A DNA stretch of 64,000 bases from an uncultured virus (IMG/VR IMGVR_UViG_3300010357_000155) (Duplodnaviria > Heunggongvirae > Uroviricota > Caudoviricetes), in the IMG/VR virus record IMGVR_UViG_3300010357_000155; one strand, given 5' to 3'. Shown piece by piece: positions 60,756 through 64,000 of the stretch (position 1 is the stretch's first letter; each line of letters begins with the position of its first letter). The position numbers and the translations under genes are program-made. The notes below the pieces were generated by a model. That model was not told the DNA's origin. It did no database searches and worked only from the letters and a program-made list of their open reading frames with translations.

Positions 60756-61055
60756 TTACTTCTTTTTGTTATGTTCCAACATACATTCAGAGGTAACGAC
60801 CTTTAAACTACCTTCTTCACAAATGTCAATATACCAAACAGCTTTGCTAAATTCAACAAACTCAGCAATAAAGGTATGAACATGTTCTTTTGCTTCAGAC
60901 ATTAGATAACCAATTTGATCATCAACATCTTCGCTCGAAGACTCATTAATTATAGCGGATACAACAGGACGATTATCCTGCAAGTGGCGAATAACAACAG
61001 CAATCAATTTACCGTAATTTTTAATACCCATGACTTTCTCCCTAGTTAATATCAA
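60756..61055 (-). CDS. Hypothetical protein
   Basis: Likely start ATG 61031 after GGGAG; promoter motif 61057-61070. Confidence 0.6.
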   Translation of the reverse strand: MILTREKVMGIKNYGKLIAVVIRHLQDNRPVVSAIINESSSEDVDDQIGYLMSEAKEHVHTFIAEFVEFSKAVWYIDICEEGSLKVVTSECMLEHNKKK

Positions 61056-61111
61056 GTATTAAATATGTAATTGAAAAAGAAACAGAGACCGGAAACCCAG
61101 TCTCTGTTATT

Positions 61112-61393
61112 TTAGTCAAGTTTCAAATCACCAGAAACAATCTTACCACCCTTTCGTTTTAATTTGGCTTCTGTATCTAATGGAATAGCACCATATCGAA
61201 ACACATAAGCTTTATGAATACGATTGAGTTTATCAATGTCGTTTTCGCTATAAACAAGTACATTTAGTCTTCTAGCTGAACGAGAAATAGTAGTAAGTTC
61301 GTGGTCTGTTCCTAAAGATCGAAACAATGAATTTTCAATAAAGACAATCGGTTTAAAACCCTGAGCTTGAACTTCTTGAATTTGTTCTAACAT
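61112..61393 (-). CDS. Hypothetical protein
   Basis: 93 aa, AGGTG RBS. Confidence 0.6.
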   Translation of the reverse strand: MLEQIQEVQAQGFKPIVFIENSLFRSLGTDHELTTISRSARRLNVLVYSENDIDKLNRIHKAYVFRYGAIPLDTEAKLKRKGGKIVSGDLKLD

Positions 61394-61414
61394 TGCAACA
61401 CCTATAAGGGTTGG

Positions 61415-61858
61415 TTATTTTTGTCCAATCAGACGAATTTCAAAGATCTTCAAAGGAAGAACCGAGTCTCCATCTGACAGATAGTTGATAAGCAACAGAA
61501 TGTTTTTGTTTTCACGACCAAACATATTGAAGTAAATAGCATCTTCTTCACTATGTTCATCAAAAACAGCAATGAAGTTTGATAAGTTGACAGCAGTCGG
61601 ATGAATGCGATCACCAGACATCTTATCACTGTAATAGAAATAATCGGACGATAAAGAGTTAGCGTCCAATTTAGCAATAAGATCATCAAGACTTGTTACA
61701 AAGGTATTAGTGATTTTATCTTTAATGCGGTACTGAAGAATGCCATCACCATACTTTTTACGTTCAATCAAACGACTCAGAAAAGATTGAATAGAATAAA
61801 TACGTGGATCGGTCAAGTTCTGTGCTATGATGTCTTTGAGATCAGCGCTGGTCAACAT
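61415..61858 (-). CDS. Hypothetical protein
   Basis: 147 aa, AAGGAG RBS. Confidence 0.65.
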   Translation of the reverse strand: MLTSADLKDIIAQNLTDPRIYSIQSFLSRLIERKKYGDGILQYRIKDKITNTFVTSLDDLIAKLDANSLSSDYFYYSDKMSGDRIHPTAVNLSNFIAVFDEHSEEDAIYFNMFGRENKNILLLINYLSDGDSVLPLKIFEIRLIGQK

Positions 61859-61872
61859 TTAAAACTCCTTAC

Positions 61873-62289
61873 TTAGGTTTCTTGGGAAATTGGCGATAAG
61901 AACTCGTGGAAGTCTTTCACAGAGATTCTCATTGTAATATCTACATTGTAAACAATTTCTTTCATAGAAAGATGTATGCTAACAATGTCATTCACTTCAT
62001 TAATAGATGTATCAACACCTTCAATTTCAAATGTCATACCTTCTTGAAAACTAGGGTTGAATTTATAATAAGAATTAGGTATGGCACCAACACCAAAATA
62101 GAACTGGGCTAATTGATTTAGTTGAACATTATTAATTTGTTCACCTTTTTTTAATAAATCAATAAGACTACCTATACTTGGATCAAGATCTCGTTTAGCA
62201 TCACTGCCTTCAGTGGCAGGTGTCGTCGTACTACTAAACTGTTTAATTGGTTTTTCTTTACTAAAAAACCTTTTAATAAAATTTATCAT
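61873..62289 (-). CDS. Hypothetical protein
   Basis: 138 aa, AGGAG RBS. Confidence 0.65.
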   Translation of the reverse strand: MINFIKRFFSKEKPIKQFSSTTTPATEGSDAKRDLDPSIGSLIDLLKKGEQINNVQLNQLAQFYFGVGAIPNSYYKFNPSFQEGMTFEIEGVDTSINEVNDIVSIHLSMKEIVYNVDITMRISVKDFHEFLSPISQET

Positions 62290-62297
62290 GTTAACTC

Positions 62298-63722
62298 CTA
62301 TTTGCTATTTACAAAGATTTGTAAAGAAGCGTGAGCTGTTAAGCTAATTGTTTTACTACGTTGGTTCATGACCGGATTAGAATTTGAGTTAGAATAAGTT
62401 ATTACCGCTAAATGAACAACACCAAAAACTTCGGTAATTGTTTTCTCTTTATTCTCGTAAAGAATTTTACATTTAGCAGCTGGGTAAATAAAGTCATGAT
62501 CCATATTGCTAATTTCAACAGTAACATAGTTACCATTCTTTTTTAGCAGTTCAGCAGTTAGTTTAAACTGATTACCGGAAATGTTTCTATTCGGAGCAAA
62601 GTTTAAACCATCAGCTCTATCTTTAAATATAACTTCAGAACTAAGTTCATTACGTTTAAACTTAGGACCATCAGCAGTCATCTCAACAGGTTTCTTCATA
62701 AAGCTATTCGCGTTAGAAGTTCTAAAACCACCACCTGACGACATTACTGAAGTTTCTTTATTGTCATTGATCTTAGTGATACCGTGAGGTAAAACTTTTA
62801 AAATCTTATCTTTATATTTATAAGTGTTTTCACTACTCGAATGACTAGAAGACATAGGAGAGAAAATCATTAATTTGTATTCAGCTTTCTGATATTTGTC
62901 TCCGTTATACAGAGAATAGATAAACATGTTCTTTTTATAAGTGAAAGGATCTGTTCCAAATTTCTGAACATAACACCCTATACCACCATTATAAACACCA
63001 ATATTCTTTTCCTGAATAAGTTCAGGTAGTTCTATAATTCTTGTAAACGAAGGAATTGTAACAGCCTTTAGTTTGTCTTGGTTGTCAGGTTCTTCAATAT
63101 CAAATCCATCAAGTACAGGTTTATTCTCAATCAGAATTTTATTACATTGTTCAGAGATAAGACTCTTAAAAAATGTAGCAATACTCATATCCTTATTCTT
63201 ATTGATTCCCATATCAAAATTACCTTGGGTAGTCTTGATACGAATTGTCTCAACAGAACGATCTAAAAGTTGTAACGTTACAATTAAAGGCATCTGATTA
63301 TTCAGATCTTCTTTAGATTGACTAATTGTATTTGGTGCTGACATGTTCTTTTCTAATAGATAAACTGCTTTATATCTTTCTACAACTGTTAAAGGTTCAT
63401 CGTTTTGATGCATCTGTTTAGTTGTGATAACAGTAAATTCAATATTATCTAACTCATCATAAACATCATAAAGAAAAGTTCCAACAGGAATACTAACCTT
63501 TACTTCGATGTAATCAGAGATATTTTCAATATAGTTTCTTAGAATATAAATATCAACCAAAACTACACCATCTGTATAGTCAAGATCTTTTTCTACAGTG
63601 TGTAATTTAGATTCAAAACTAAACACTGGATTATAATTTTCGTCTGGATTCTTTAGTATATCCTGGATATCAGGATACAGCAATGAATTTTCCATTGACA
63701 TTGAGGTCATAACTAATCCCAA
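62298..63722 (-). CDS. Tail tip / baseplate hub-like protein (phiKZ gp101-like)
   Basis: 474 aa; RNYIENISD, YKAV, IGVYNGGIGCY, IYPA motifs; late-type motif upstream; true start may be a nearby ATG. Confidence 0.6.
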   Translation of the reverse strand: MGLVMTSMSMENSLLYPDIQDILKNPDENYNPVFSFESKLHTVEKDLDYTDGVVLVDIYILRNYIENISDYIEVKVSIPVGTFLYDVYDELDNIEFTVITTKQMHQNDEPLTVVERYKAVYLLEKNMSAPNTISQSKEDLNNQMPLIVTLQLLDRSVETIRIKTTQGNFDMGINKNKDMSIATFFKSLISEQCNKILIENKPVLDGFDIEEPDNQDKLKAVTIPSFTRIIELPELIQEKNIGVYNGGIGCYVQKFGTDPFTYKKNMFIYSLYNGDKYQKAEYKLMIFSPMSSSHSSSENTYKYKDKILKVLPHGITKINDNKETSVMSSGGGFRTSNANSFMKKPVEMTADGPKFKRNELSSEVIFKDRADGLNFAPNRNISGNQFKLTAELLKKNGNYVTVEISNMDHDFIYPAAKCKILYENKEKTITEVFGVVHLAVITYSNSNSNPVMNQRSKTISLTAHASLQIFVNSK

Positions 63723-63832
63723 AAATATAGGTCAAATCATGACCTTATAAATAAATAAAAAAAAAAAATACCAGAGAGTGTTACCTCTCTGGTTGTTGTT
63801 ATGAAATATTCTTTTTATAAAGATCGTCACTT

Positions 63833-64000
63833 TTATCTATAAAAAATATATTTTTTATCATAATCACCAATAGGATTAGCTTTATTCAGTTTATCACAAT
63901 CCTGTTGAGCTTCTTTGAAATCTTCATATTTGGGTTTAATTTCTAATGTCATAGCAGTAAAACTTTCATGACATGAATAACTAGGATGTACTGCATCGAG
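63833..64000 (-). CDS. 3' end of a gene entering from outside the window
   Basis: Open frame ...LDAVHPSYSCHESF...DKKYIFYR* ending at 63833, then hairpin 63768-63795. Confidence 0.45.
   Translation of the reverse strand, partial: LDAVHPSYSCHESFTAMTLEIKPKYEDFKEAQQDCDKLNKANPIGDYDKKYIFYR

Noticed and set aside
11560..63770. Poly-A runs (e.g. 11563, 19810, 29066, 35479, 52678, 60713, 63758) as phase-variable tracts
   Set aside because: They are intergenic and abut hairpins, consistent with U-tracts of minus-strand terminators
1..64000. Stop-codon reassignment
   Set aside because: Core genes are full length under the standard code and end in TAA, TAG and TGA

Overview
AT-rich, gene-dense segment of a jumbo bacteriophage of the nucleus-forming phiKZ-like group (Chimalliviridae). 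It holds a large terminase, a major capsid protein, a portal-like protein, subunits of both the non-virion and virion multisubunit RNA polymerases, a PhuZ/TubZ tubulin and a probable chimallin (nuclear shell) gene. It also holds tail/baseplate genes, an RuvC plus spanin module, three free-standing homing endonucleases and nucleotide-handling accessory enzymes (DHH, NUDIX, SNase-like, NADAR-like). Points worth follow-up: chimallin, PhuZ and the nvRNAP beta' subunit are contiguous. Two paralogous tail fibres have a tail-collar domain interrupted by one or two Kelch-like six-bladed propellers and share a leader sequence. A gp181-like tail lysin appears split into two genes with a promoter-like motif in the intervening hairpin loop. 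Two recurring promoter-like motifs and a family of related intergenic hairpins can be read directly. There is also a probable frameshifted tail-associated gene, a prion-like low-complexity protein next to the nvRNAP beta subunit and a candidate small RNA. phiKZ gene-number equivalences come from recalled motifs, size and synteny, not from searches.
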